Shown here piece by piece: positions 54,033 to 62,235 of a stretch of DNA of 64,000 bases (the stretch's first letter is position 1; the number at the start of each line of letters is the position of its first letter). Origin of the DNA: Candidatus Kapaibacterium sp. (lineage in GTDB: Bacteria > Bacteroidota > Ignavibacteria > Kapaibacteriales > Kapaibacteriaceae); NCBI GenBank assembly GCA_018882585.1, contig VFFB01000001.1:1793-65792 (forward strand). Reading direction: 5' to 3'. The translations under genes were made by a program, and so were the position numbers. A model generated the notes under the pieces. The model made no database searches, was not told the DNA's origin, and saw only the letters and a list, made by a program, of their open reading frames with translations.

Positions 54033-55649
54033 ATGCAACGCATTCCGCTGGTTGACCTTCCGGGGTCGCGTTTGCTGCATGACTGGCTTCGCGCTGCTCC
54101 GTCCATCACGTCGTTCTTCGACGTTCTTGCTCCAGACGACGCCTTCGCCGAACGGCGAGCGCGCGGCGGAGCCGCGCGCTCGCGTATCGCAGCGCTGGCG
54201 GTGCAAGGTATGCGCGGACTCGAGCTGACTCCGGCCCAGCAGCGGAATCTCGAGGCTATCGCTGATCCGCGCAGCGTGATGGTTGCCACCGGACAACAGA
54301 TTGGTCTGCTTGGAGGCCCGCTCTACACGGTACTGAAGATCGCAACGGCAGCAGCAACGGCCCAGCGCTGGCAAGCGGAATGGGGCCGCCCTGTTGTTCC
54401 GGTGTTCTGGCTGGAAGACAACGACCACGATGCGAAAGAAGCCGCAACGGCACACCTTGTGTTGGCAGATGGCAGCATCGAGACGGTCATGGCCTGGGAC
54501 GAAACGTCGCCGCGCCAACCGGTGGCCACAAGAAGATTCTCGGCCGCAGAGGTCGACATCATCACAAAGGCACTTGCCACGCTGAGCGGCCCGCATGCCG
54601 ACAGCGTCCGCGAGTCGCTTTCAACGATCTACGTCGAGGGTGCCTCGTGGGCCGATGCCTTCGTCAACGTCCTGCAACCGATCATCGGCGGCATGGGCGT
54701 GATCATCATCCGTGCCTCGGATGTGGTCGCCTCCGGCATGCACGTGCCGCTTATCGAGCGCGACCTTGCCCATCCCGGTGGCATGGCAGCTTGCGTTGCG
54801 TCGACCACGGCACAGCTGACGGCAGCGGGCTATCACGAGCAGGCGCAGGCGTCAGAGCATGCCTTCTTCCTGCTTGACGATGAGGGCCGCCAGCGCCTAC
54901 GGCAGATCGACGACGCAACCGTGCAGGCGGGCACATCGACGATGTCCTATGCAGCACTTCGTGATCTTGCGCGGCTATCGCCGGAACGGTTCTCGCCGGG
55001 CGTCCTTGCACGCCCCATCATGCAAGATGCGATCCTGCCTACGGTTGCCTGCGTGCTTGGTCCGGCCGAACTGGCCTATCACGCTCAGCTTGCCGACGCC
55101 TACGCATGGTTCGGCGTCCAGCGGGCTGCCCCTGTGCTGCGACATTCAGCAACGCTGCTCGATGCCAAAGCGGAGCGACTGCTGACGAGTCTTGGCACCA
55201 AGCCCTGGTGGTATGCGCGGCCCTGGGAGTCCGTACTGGCAGACATCACAGCGTCGCTCGACGATGCAGGCTTGCCTGCAGCCGAGACCACGGCCAAGGC
55301 CGTCCGCGACATCCTTGCCCCTTGGCTGCAGGCCGCATCACAAATCGACAGTACGTTGACGGGAAGTGTCGAGGCCGCCGGAGCGGCCATGCAGAAGGCA
55401 CTGGACCAACTTGAAGGAAAGATGAGGGCGGCGCTTCGACGCAAGCATAGTGTTGTGATCGACCGACACAAAGCTTTACACATGGCGATCGTTCCAATGG
55501 GGATAACTCAGGAGCGTATAAGCGCAATTACGCATTGGTGTAGCCGTATTGGCGTAGTAGATTTCACACTGGTGACACGGGAGGTTGTTCAGGGGGACCA
55601 GAAGGAGCATTTCTACATCGGCCTTTCTTCGGTTGGGCAAAGTCTGTAG
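54033..55649 (+). CDS. bshC: Bacillithiol biosynthesis cysteine-adding enzyme BshC.
   Basis: The conserved BshC N-terminal block TGQQIGLLGGPLYTVLKIATAAA...PVVPVFWLEDNDHD aligns with B. subtilis YllA/BshC (GGQQAGLLTGPLYTIHKI...PVIPIFWVAGEDHD). Length 538 aa with a coiled-coil C-terminus. Confidence 0.75.
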   Translation: MQRIPLVDLPGSRLLHDWLRAAPSITSFFDVLAPDDAFAERRARGGAARSRIAALAVQGMRGLELTPAQQRNLEAIADPRSVMVATGQQIGLLGGPLYTVLKIATAAATAQRWQAEWGRPVVPVFWLEDNDHDAKEAATAHLVLADGSIETVMAWDETSPRQPVATRRFSAAEVDIITKALATLSGPHADSVRESLSTIYVEGASWADAFVNVLQPIIGGMGVIIIRASDVVASGMHVPLIERDLAHPGGMAACVASTTAQLTAAGYHEQAQASEHAFFLLDDEGRQRLRQIDDATVQAGTSTMSYAALRDLARLSPERFSPGVLARPIMQDAILPTVACVLGPAELAYHAQLADAYAWFGVQRAAPVLRHSATLLDAKAERLLTSLGTKPWWYARPWESVLADITASLDDAGLPAAETTAKAVRDILAPWLQAASQIDSTLTGSVEAAGAAMQKALDQLEGKMRAALRRKHSVVIDRHKALHMAIVPMGITQERISAITHWCSRIGVVDFTLVTREVVQGDQKEHFYIGLSSVGQSL

Positions 55650-55658
55650 GGGTACAAC

Positions 55659-56138
55659 ATGCGTCCATACATCATGGTCGTCGATGACAATCGCATCACG
55701 ACGAAGCTGATGCGTCGATACCTTGAGGCAAATGACTTCGAGGCACTCGAAGCATTTGATGGAATCGACTGTCTGGAGAAGTGCAAGATCCGCGACCCCG
55801 ATGCGATCTTCATGGACATGATGATGCCGAGACTGGATGGTCTTGAAGCGGTGAAGGCGCTTAAGACGGACCCGCTGACGTCACACGTACCCGTAACGAT
55901 CGTCTCGGGCATGTCGGACCTTAAGACGCAGCAGCGCGCCGTGGCTGCCGGCGCAGATGACTTCATGGTGAAACCGATCGACGAGGGTCTGCTTGTCAGC
56001 AAGGCTCGCATCCTTTGTCATTACAGCATCCTGCAGCGCCAGGTCAAGGTGTTGCAGTTTGCGCTGGATCACACGCTTACCGCCGAATCACGTCAGCAGC
56101 AGAAGCTGTTGGCTCGCACCCTTGCGAGGGTTCGGTAA
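55659..56138 (+). CDS. Single-domain response regulator (CheY-like receiver).
   Basis: MVVDDNRITTKLMRRYLE..., the phospho-acceptor context IFMDMMMPRLDG, and K at the conserved position (FMVKP). Confidence 0.75.
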   Translation: MRPYIMVVDDNRITTKLMRRYLEANDFEALEAFDGIDCLEKCKIRDPDAIFMDMMMPRLDGLEAVKALKTDPLTSHVPVTIVSGMSDLKTQQRAVAAGADDFMVKPIDEGLLVSKARILCHYSILQRQVKVLQFALDHTLTAESRQQQKLLARTLARVR

Positions 56139-56144
56139 CCCCGC

Positions 56145-57614
56145 ATGCATACGGTCGTTGTCGGAGCCGGAATCGGAGGCCTCGTTACGGCCACATTGCT
56201 AGCCCGTTACGGGCACAACGTCACACTGTTGGAGCAGGCATCCGAGGCCGGCGGCAAGATGGGCCGAGCCACCATTGACGGATGCACCTTCGACACCGGA
56301 CCGTCGCTCATCACAATGCCCTTCGTGCTGGACGCATTCTTTCGGCATGCGGGCACGACGCTCCAGGAACAGCTACAGCTGATACCGATCGATCCCGGAT
56401 GTCATTATCGCTGGAGCGATGGTTCGCGGCTTGACATACCATTCAGCGCAGAAGCGATTCCCGAGGCCGTGGGTGGGCTCAGTCCGTCAGACTCTGCAGC
56501 AATGCGCCGTTACCTTGACCATGCAGCAACCGTCTATCGTGCCACGGGGAACGTCTTCATCTTCTCTGCATTCGAGGGCTTCAAGGAATTCATCAAGCCA
56601 CGGAATGCATCACTGCTGCCAATGCTTCCTCGGCTGCGGTTCACGCAATCCATGCACGCCATGCACGCCTCGATGTTCCAGGATCGACGCATTGTGCAGC
56701 TCATGGATCGATTTGCGACGTACAATGGATCCACGCCATACAGGGCGCCCGCAACATTGGCCGTCATTCCACACGTCGAGTTTCAGTATGGGGCATGGTA
56801 TCCGCGTGGTGGCGTCTACGCCATCGCCCAGGGCTGCGAGCGCCAGGCCCTTGCCAATGGCGTCACCATCCGATACGACACAGCCGTAACGCGTATTGTG
56901 CACGACGGACGCCGCGTGAGCGGCGTGGTAACCGCCGATGGCGAGTTGATCTCTGCCGACGTCGTGGTGTCCAACGTCGACGTGCACGTCACGCAGTCGA
57001 TGTTGCTCGGCCAGTCGGCGCGGCCACCGCGAGACCCAAGCATGAGCGGCTTTATCATGCTGATGAGCGTCGCAAAACAGGAGCTCGGCCTGCAGCACCA
57101 CAACGTCCTGTTCAGCGACGATTACCAGCGCGAGTTCCACGACATCGTCGAGCGGCATACACCGGCCAGCGACATGACGATCTACCTGTCACGGTCGGCC
57201 CACACCGATCCGACGCAGGCTCCGCCTGACCGCGAGAACTGGTTCGTACTGGTGAACGCGCCCGCTACGGGCCGTCGTGACGGCTCGTGGCATACCATGC
57301 GCGACGCCTACGCCGAGCGCATCCTGGGCCGCATGCGGCACTTCGGCATTGACCCCGTGATCCGCGCGATGGAGATCCGAACACCCGACGACATGGTCAG
57401 GATGTGGAATGCCGACCGCGGTTCGTTGTACGGCGCTTCGTCGAATTCCATGTTCTCGGCCTTTCTCAGGCCACGGCAGCGCTCCAAGCAGTTCACGAAT
57501 TTGTGGTATGTTGGCGGCAGTGCCCACCCCGGAGGCGGCGTTCCGCTCGTCGCAACATCGGGTATGCTGGCCGCATCGGGCATTCTTGGCCGGCCGTTTT
57601 CAATACCATCGTAG
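56145..57614 (+). CDS. FAD-dependent phytoene desaturase family oxidoreductase (CrtI/CrtD/CrtO-like).
   Basis: N-terminal Rossmann VVVGAGIGGLVTATLLARYGHNVTLLEQASEAGGK and a C-terminal CrtI-family signature region (WYVGGSAHPGGGVPLVATSG). Confidence 0.8.
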   Translation: MHTVVVGAGIGGLVTATLLARYGHNVTLLEQASEAGGKMGRATIDGCTFDTGPSLITMPFVLDAFFRHAGTTLQEQLQLIPIDPGCHYRWSDGSRLDIPFSAEAIPEAVGGLSPSDSAAMRRYLDHAATVYRATGNVFIFSAFEGFKEFIKPRNASLLPMLPRLRFTQSMHAMHASMFQDRRIVQLMDRFATYNGSTPYRAPATLAVIPHVEFQYGAWYPRGGVYAIAQGCERQALANGVTIRYDTAVTRIVHDGRRVSGVVTADGELISADVVVSNVDVHVTQSMLLGQSARPPRDPSMSGFIMLMSVAKQELGLQHHNVLFSDDYQREFHDIVERHTPASDMTIYLSRSAHTDPTQAPPDRENWFVLVNAPATGRRDGSWHTMRDAYAERILGRMRHFGIDPVIRAMEIRTPDDMVRMWNADRGSLYGASSNSMFSAFLRPRQRSKQFTNLWYVGGSAHPGGGVPLVATSGMLAASGILGRPFSIPS

Positions 57615-57624
57615 CAGTCCCATC

Positions 57625-58245
57625 ATGACACGTTTTCTTGCCGGCGCTCTCGCGATCGCCGTGGCGATCGCCGGATGCGCCCAGATCCGCGACATCACCA
57701 ACGCTCTTAGCCAGCTTTCCAACCTGCAGTTCAAACTCGGATCCGTCAACAACTTTCGTCTTGCCGGAGTCGAGCTTGCAAAGGTCTCCGACCCCAAGCG
57801 GCTTTCCATCAGCGACGGACTATCGCTCACGCAGGCCTTCGCCCGCAAGAGTCTGCCCGCCTCGTTCACGCTGAATGTCGAAGCTCGCAACCCCAACACG
57901 GGCCAAGGCGGCACGCGGAAGACGTCCGTCACCCTCACTGGTCTGGACTGGCGACTGCTGATCGACGATGTGCCCACGATCACGGGCAACATCGAGCGAT
58001 CCGTCGAGATCCCCGGAAACCAGCAGGCAAGCATCGTTCCGTTGGGTGTTGGCCTTGATCTGTACGAGTTTTTCGGCAACCGCGGATACGACGGACTCAT
58101 GAACCTTGCCATGGCAGTTGGCGGTGCGAGCGGCAGCTCGGCAAACCTCAAGCTTGACGCTAAGCCCACGGTGACTACTCCCTTCGGACCGATGACGTAT
58201 CCCAAACGTCTGACGATCGTCGACAAGGAGTTCCGCGGTAGCTGA
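57625..58245 (+). CDS. Hypothetical lipoprotein.
   Basis: ATG 57625 gives MTRFLAGALAIAVAIAGCAQ, with the lipobox IAGC. The ORF-track start at 57409 overlaps the upstream gene. Confidence 0.5.
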   Translation: MTRFLAGALAIAVAIAGCAQIRDITNALSQLSNLQFKLGSVNNFRLAGVELAKVSDPKRLSISDGLSLTQAFARKSLPASFTLNVEARNPNTGQGGTRKTSVTLTGLDWRLLIDDVPTITGNIERSVEIPGNQQASIVPLGVGLDLYEFFGNRGYDGLMNLAMAVGGASGSSANLKLDAKPTVTTPFGPMTYPKRLTIVDKEFRGS

Positions 58246-59276
58246 TGGACTACGTCGTACTTATCCTTGGCGTCCTCCTTACCGGCGTCTGCGAATACCT
58301 GGCTGCGGCACTGTTCAGCATGCCGCCGTCAATCATCAACGCATTGGCCGACGAGGGCTCACCGGTTGGCCGCCGCCTGCGGCGCGCAATCGACGAGCCA
58401 GAGGAGACGCGACTCTCGATCAGTCTGATCGACGTCGTGCTCATCATCGCCTCGGCCGGGGCCCTGATCTCCATCGCCATTGCCATCGATGGTGTTGCCT
58501 ACGCATTCACCGAGGCAGCCGTTTTTGTTATGGGCATCATTGGCATCAAGACCGTGGCCGCCGTCATCGGCAATCGGTATTCCGACCGCATGCTTGTTGG
58601 CACAAGCGTTCTGATGTCGTTCACGCTGGTGGTTGCAAAACCATTCGTGTGGGCCCACCGAGCCTTGATGCAGGTAACCAAGACGGGCAGCGACGAAGAT
58701 GAGGCCCGCGAGGAACTCGAGGCCCTTGTCGAGACCGCGCGCGACGAGGGAGCGCTCGATCCGGGCGAGTACCGCATCATGACCAACATTATGCGGCTGA
58801 GCAGTATCGAGGTGACGGATGTGATGACGCCACGTATCGTGGTGTTTTCGCTGGCGCAGGAGACCACCGTTGCCGAAGCCATCAAAAAGCCGGAACTGCA
58901 GATGTATTCCAGGTTTCCGGTGTTCGATGGCGAGTCGCTGGACTCCGTGAGCGGTTACGTCATGACGAAGGACGTCCTGCGTGCCTCGCTGGCCGGCCGC
59001 AACACGGTGGAATTGTCAAAACTGAAGCGCGACGTCGACTTCGTCCCCGAGAATGTCTCGCTCGACCAGGCACTCGAGCAGTTCCTGCAAAAGAAGCAGC
59101 ACCTGTTCATGGTCGTTGACGAGTACGGCGGTGTCGAAGGCCTGCTGACGATGGAAGACGTCATGGAGTCCGTACTGGGCGTCGAAATCGTCGACGAAGC
59201 CGACCACGTGGTCGACCTGCGCGCCGTTGCGAAGCAACGGCGCGACGCGCGCATCGCGGCCATCAGTGCCCCCTGA
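58245..59276 (+). CDS. CNNM/DUF21-CBS hemolysin-family membrane protein.
   Basis: N-terminal 4-TM DUF21 domain followed by tandem CBS domains (MTPRIVVFSL...; LFMVVDEYGGVEGLLTMEDVMESVLG). Confidence 0.8.
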   Translation: MDYVVLILGVLLTGVCEYLAAALFSMPPSIINALADEGSPVGRRLRRAIDEPEETRLSISLIDVVLIIASAGALISIAIAIDGVAYAFTEAAVFVMGIIGIKTVAAVIGNRYSDRMLVGTSVLMSFTLVVAKPFVWAHRALMQVTKTGSDEDEAREELEALVETARDEGALDPGEYRIMTNIMRLSSIEVTDVMTPRIVVFSLAQETTVAEAIKKPELQMYSRFPVFDGESLDSVSGYVMTKDVLRASLAGRNTVELSKLKRDVDFVPENVSLDQALEQFLQKKQHLFMVVDEYGGVEGLLTMEDVMESVLGVEIVDEADHVVDLRAVAKQRRDARIAAISAP

Positions 59277-59372
59277 CAGACGACGTTCGGGAGCCGTTGC
59301 GGCCTTCCTCACACGACGTGCTGCTAGGGCCTATACTTCCGCATTTTTACGTATTCTTGAATCCAACACCAC

Positions 59373-60464
59373 ATGTTAGGCACAAGGGACGTAATGGCAG
59401 TCGCAAAGTTTGCCCGCCCGCAGGGGGCATTTTCGCAGGTTCTGAAAGAGCGCGTTCAGGAGTATTTCAAGTCGGCCAACATCCGGCCGACCGGAGACGC
59501 GCGATTGTTCACCAAATCGATCATCCTGATTCTTACGGGAATCATCACATACACATGTTGGCTTTTCCTTGATCTGCCAACGTGGGCATCGGTACTCTCG
59601 GCGCTGCTCATGGGCGTCAACCATGCTCTGATTGGCTTCAATATCATGCACGACGGTGCCCACGGCAGCTACTCGTCGAACCGTCGCATCAACGCCCTCA
59701 TGGCATACTCGCTGAACGTCGTGGGTGGTAACGCATTTTACTGGAATGTGAAGCACAACGTTGCGCATCACTCCTTCCCGAATGTTGAGGGCCACGATGA
59801 GGACATTGACATCTGGCCGTTCATCCGGTCCAACAAGTATCAGCGGCGCTTGTGGTTCCACCGCTACCAGCACCTGTACGGCATGTTCCTATACTGCCTG
59901 ACCTACGTGCAGTGGGTATTCTGGGCCGACATGCGCAAGTATATCGAAGGCAGTGTGGCCGAAGTGAAGATTCAGGGCTTCACCACGCGCCAGCATGTGA
60001 TCTTCTGGGCGACGAAGATCGCGTATGGGGCGGTCTTCATTGGCGTGCCAGTGTACATCCTGGGATGGACCATGGGATTGCTTACGTATGGAGCCTCGGC
60101 TGCCATGACGGGTCTGGTGATCGCCATCACGTTCCAGCTGGCCCACGTCAATGAGAAGACAGACTTCATGGTGCCGGACCCCGTCACGAATGCGCTCGAA
60201 GACGAGTTTTCCGTGCATCAGTTTGCAACGACGGCGAATTTTGCCACGCGCAGTAAAGCTGCAGCATGGGTGTTTGGCGGTCTGAACTTCCAGGTGGAAC
60301 ATCACGTCTTCCCGAAGATCAGCCACATCCACTATCCGAGCATCAAGCCGATCGTCGAGCAGACATGCCGGGAATTCAATGTTCCCTACCTGGAATATCC
60401 AACGGTGATGCAGGCCATCATATCACACCTGCGCTACCTTCGCCTTGTGGGGTCTGCCGCATAA
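59373..60464 (+). CDS. Membrane fatty-acid desaturase family protein with three His boxes.
   Basis: His boxes HDGAHGS, HNVAHHSFPN and QVEHHVFPKISH, with about 4 TM segments. Length 363 aa. Confidence 0.75.
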   Translation: MLGTRDVMAVAKFARPQGAFSQVLKERVQEYFKSANIRPTGDARLFTKSIILILTGIITYTCWLFLDLPTWASVLSALLMGVNHALIGFNIMHDGAHGSYSSNRRINALMAYSLNVVGGNAFYWNVKHNVAHHSFPNVEGHDEDIDIWPFIRSNKYQRRLWFHRYQHLYGMFLYCLTYVQWVFWADMRKYIEGSVAEVKIQGFTTRQHVIFWATKIAYGAVFIGVPVYILGWTMGLLTYGASAAMTGLVIAITFQLAHVNEKTDFMVPDPVTNALEDEFSVHQFATTANFATRSKAAAWVFGGLNFQVEHHVFPKISHIHYPSIKPIVEQTCREFNVPYLEYPTVMQAIISHLRYLRLVGSAA

Positions 60465-60636
60465 CAGGCATATCTGCTTCGTCCACCGACGCACCGAACC
60501 AGAACATTCCATGCAAGCCGGCTCAATGCCGGCTTGCTGCGTTATGACCTGTTTCGGGCACATGGCTCGTGACTTGATCACCGTCGCGACCCGGGCCATT
60601 ACCGTACGTTCGTACGATTACACAAGGTGAACAGCT

Positions 60637-62232
60637 ATGAAACGCATGCTGCCATTGCTGATGCTAGCGCTTGGACTTTCTGCTGCATCTGCCGGCGACA
60701 TCTCCCTCACACTGCATCCTGTGAGCATTGCAGGATTCACGGGTCGACAGTCATTTGTGCACGGATCTCATGGCTCCAAGGTCGTGCTGATCGGTGGCCG
60801 CACAGACGGGCTGCACCGTCGACAACCACCAATGAGCTTCGGCCCGGAAGGCGAGCCTCTTACGATCGACGTGCTGGATCTGGTCGAGAAGAAAACGTGG
60901 TCTGCCCCCGTCGCCGGCTTGCCTTCCGACGTGCTTGATCAGTGGACCTCGACGAATGCCTGCTACGTGCAGGTCGACTCTCTGCTGTACATCATTGGTG
61001 GATATGGCATTGCATCCGTTGGCGGCGGACATCGCACCCACCCTGTATGGAGCGTCGTGAATGTCGAACGCCTGATCGATGCCGTGATCGGCGCCACGCC
61101 GATCGCGCCGTTGATATCGTTTGGCTCCGGCGATCCCTATGCCATCACGGGTGGACGTGCCGGCGTGATGGGCGACACGATCCTCACCGTTGGCGGGCAT
61201 CGATTCGACGGACGGTACAACCCCATGGGCGGGCCATCGTTCACACAGGCCTATACGAATGCCATACGCCGCTACATTCCCACGCAGACACCGACGGGGC
61301 ATTCGCTGACGTATGCTAGCGAGACCGTCGATCCCATCAACCTGCACCGCCGAGACTTCAACGTCGTGCCGCAGGTCTTTCCTGATCGGTCCCACGGCTA
61401 TACGGCGTTTTCGGGCGTGTTCCAGATCGGCGCCGACATTCCCTACCTCACGGCGGTCGACATCCACGCCGACACGCACCGCGTTGTACCTGACTTCGAG
61501 CAGTACCTGGCCCATTACCACAGCGGCACCGTTCCGGTGTATGACCGCCGCGACAATGCGATGCATACATTCTTCCTGGGTGGCATCGCTCAGTTCCGCC
61601 CAACGGCTACAGGGGGCATCGAACGTAATGATAGCGTGCCGTTCGTCAGCACCATCTCTCGCGTGACGCGCTCTGCCGATGGCACCATGCAGGAGTTCCG
61701 TCTACGAGATACCATGCCGGGTCTGCTTGGAGCGGGCGCCGAGGTAGAGCTGATACACGGCGCAGGCACTACACGTCATGGCGTGGTCACGATCGCCGAG
61801 ACGACCGCACTCGACAGCACGCTCGTAGGGTGGATCATCGGCGGCATTCGAAGCTCTGCACCGAACATCTTTTGGGTCAACGACGGAACGCAGAGCGAGG
61901 CAAGCGCCTTCGTCGCAGAGATCCGTCTGCATGATCGGTCCGGCTCGGTCTTCGTGGCCCCATCAGACTCGCAACGTCAGCCGGCACCGCAGGTCGACGT
62001 CATCAGCACCGGCGAACACATTGCCATTCGCAGCCGTGATGTGTCGCAACAAGCCGTCATCGGGCTGTTCGACGTCAACGGGCGACGGGTCGGTCTCGAC
62101 TGCTCGCAGATCCACGATGGCCTGCAGGCAACCATGCAGTGTTCCGTTCGGTCGCTGCCAAACGGAACGTACGTCGCAAGCGTCGTTGACGGAAGCCGCA
62201 CAGCTTCGAAGCTGGTCAACATCGTCCGATAG
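60637..62232 (+). CDS. Secreted hypothetical protein with Kelch/galactose-oxidase-like repeats and a T9SS C-terminal sorting domain.
   Basis: Signal peptide MKRMLPLLMLALGLSAASA. Beta-propeller-like repeats (LLYIIGGYG, ILTVGGHRFDG). C-terminus VIGLFDVNGRRVGLD...GTYVASVVDGSRTASKLVNIVR resembles a T9SS CTD. Confidence 0.55.
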   Translation: MKRMLPLLMLALGLSAASAGDISLTLHPVSIAGFTGRQSFVHGSHGSKVVLIGGRTDGLHRRQPPMSFGPEGEPLTIDVLDLVEKKTWSAPVAGLPSDVLDQWTSTNACYVQVDSLLYIIGGYGIASVGGGHRTHPVWSVVNVERLIDAVIGATPIAPLISFGSGDPYAITGGRAGVMGDTILTVGGHRFDGRYNPMGGPSFTQAYTNAIRRYIPTQTPTGHSLTYASETVDPINLHRRDFNVVPQVFPDRSHGYTAFSGVFQIGADIPYLTAVDIHADTHRVVPDFEQYLAHYHSGTVPVYDRRDNAMHTFFLGGIAQFRPTATGGIERNDSVPFVSTISRVTRSADGTMQEFRLRDTMPGLLGAGAEVELIHGAGTTRHGVVTIAETTALDSTLVGWIIGGIRSSAPNIFWVNDGTQSEASAFVAEIRLHDRSGSVFVAPSDSQRQPAPQVDVISTGEHIAIRSRDVSQQAVIGLFDVNGRRVGLDCSQIHDGLQATMQCSVRSLPNGTYVASVVDGSRTASKLVNIVR

Positions 62233-62235
62233 CGC

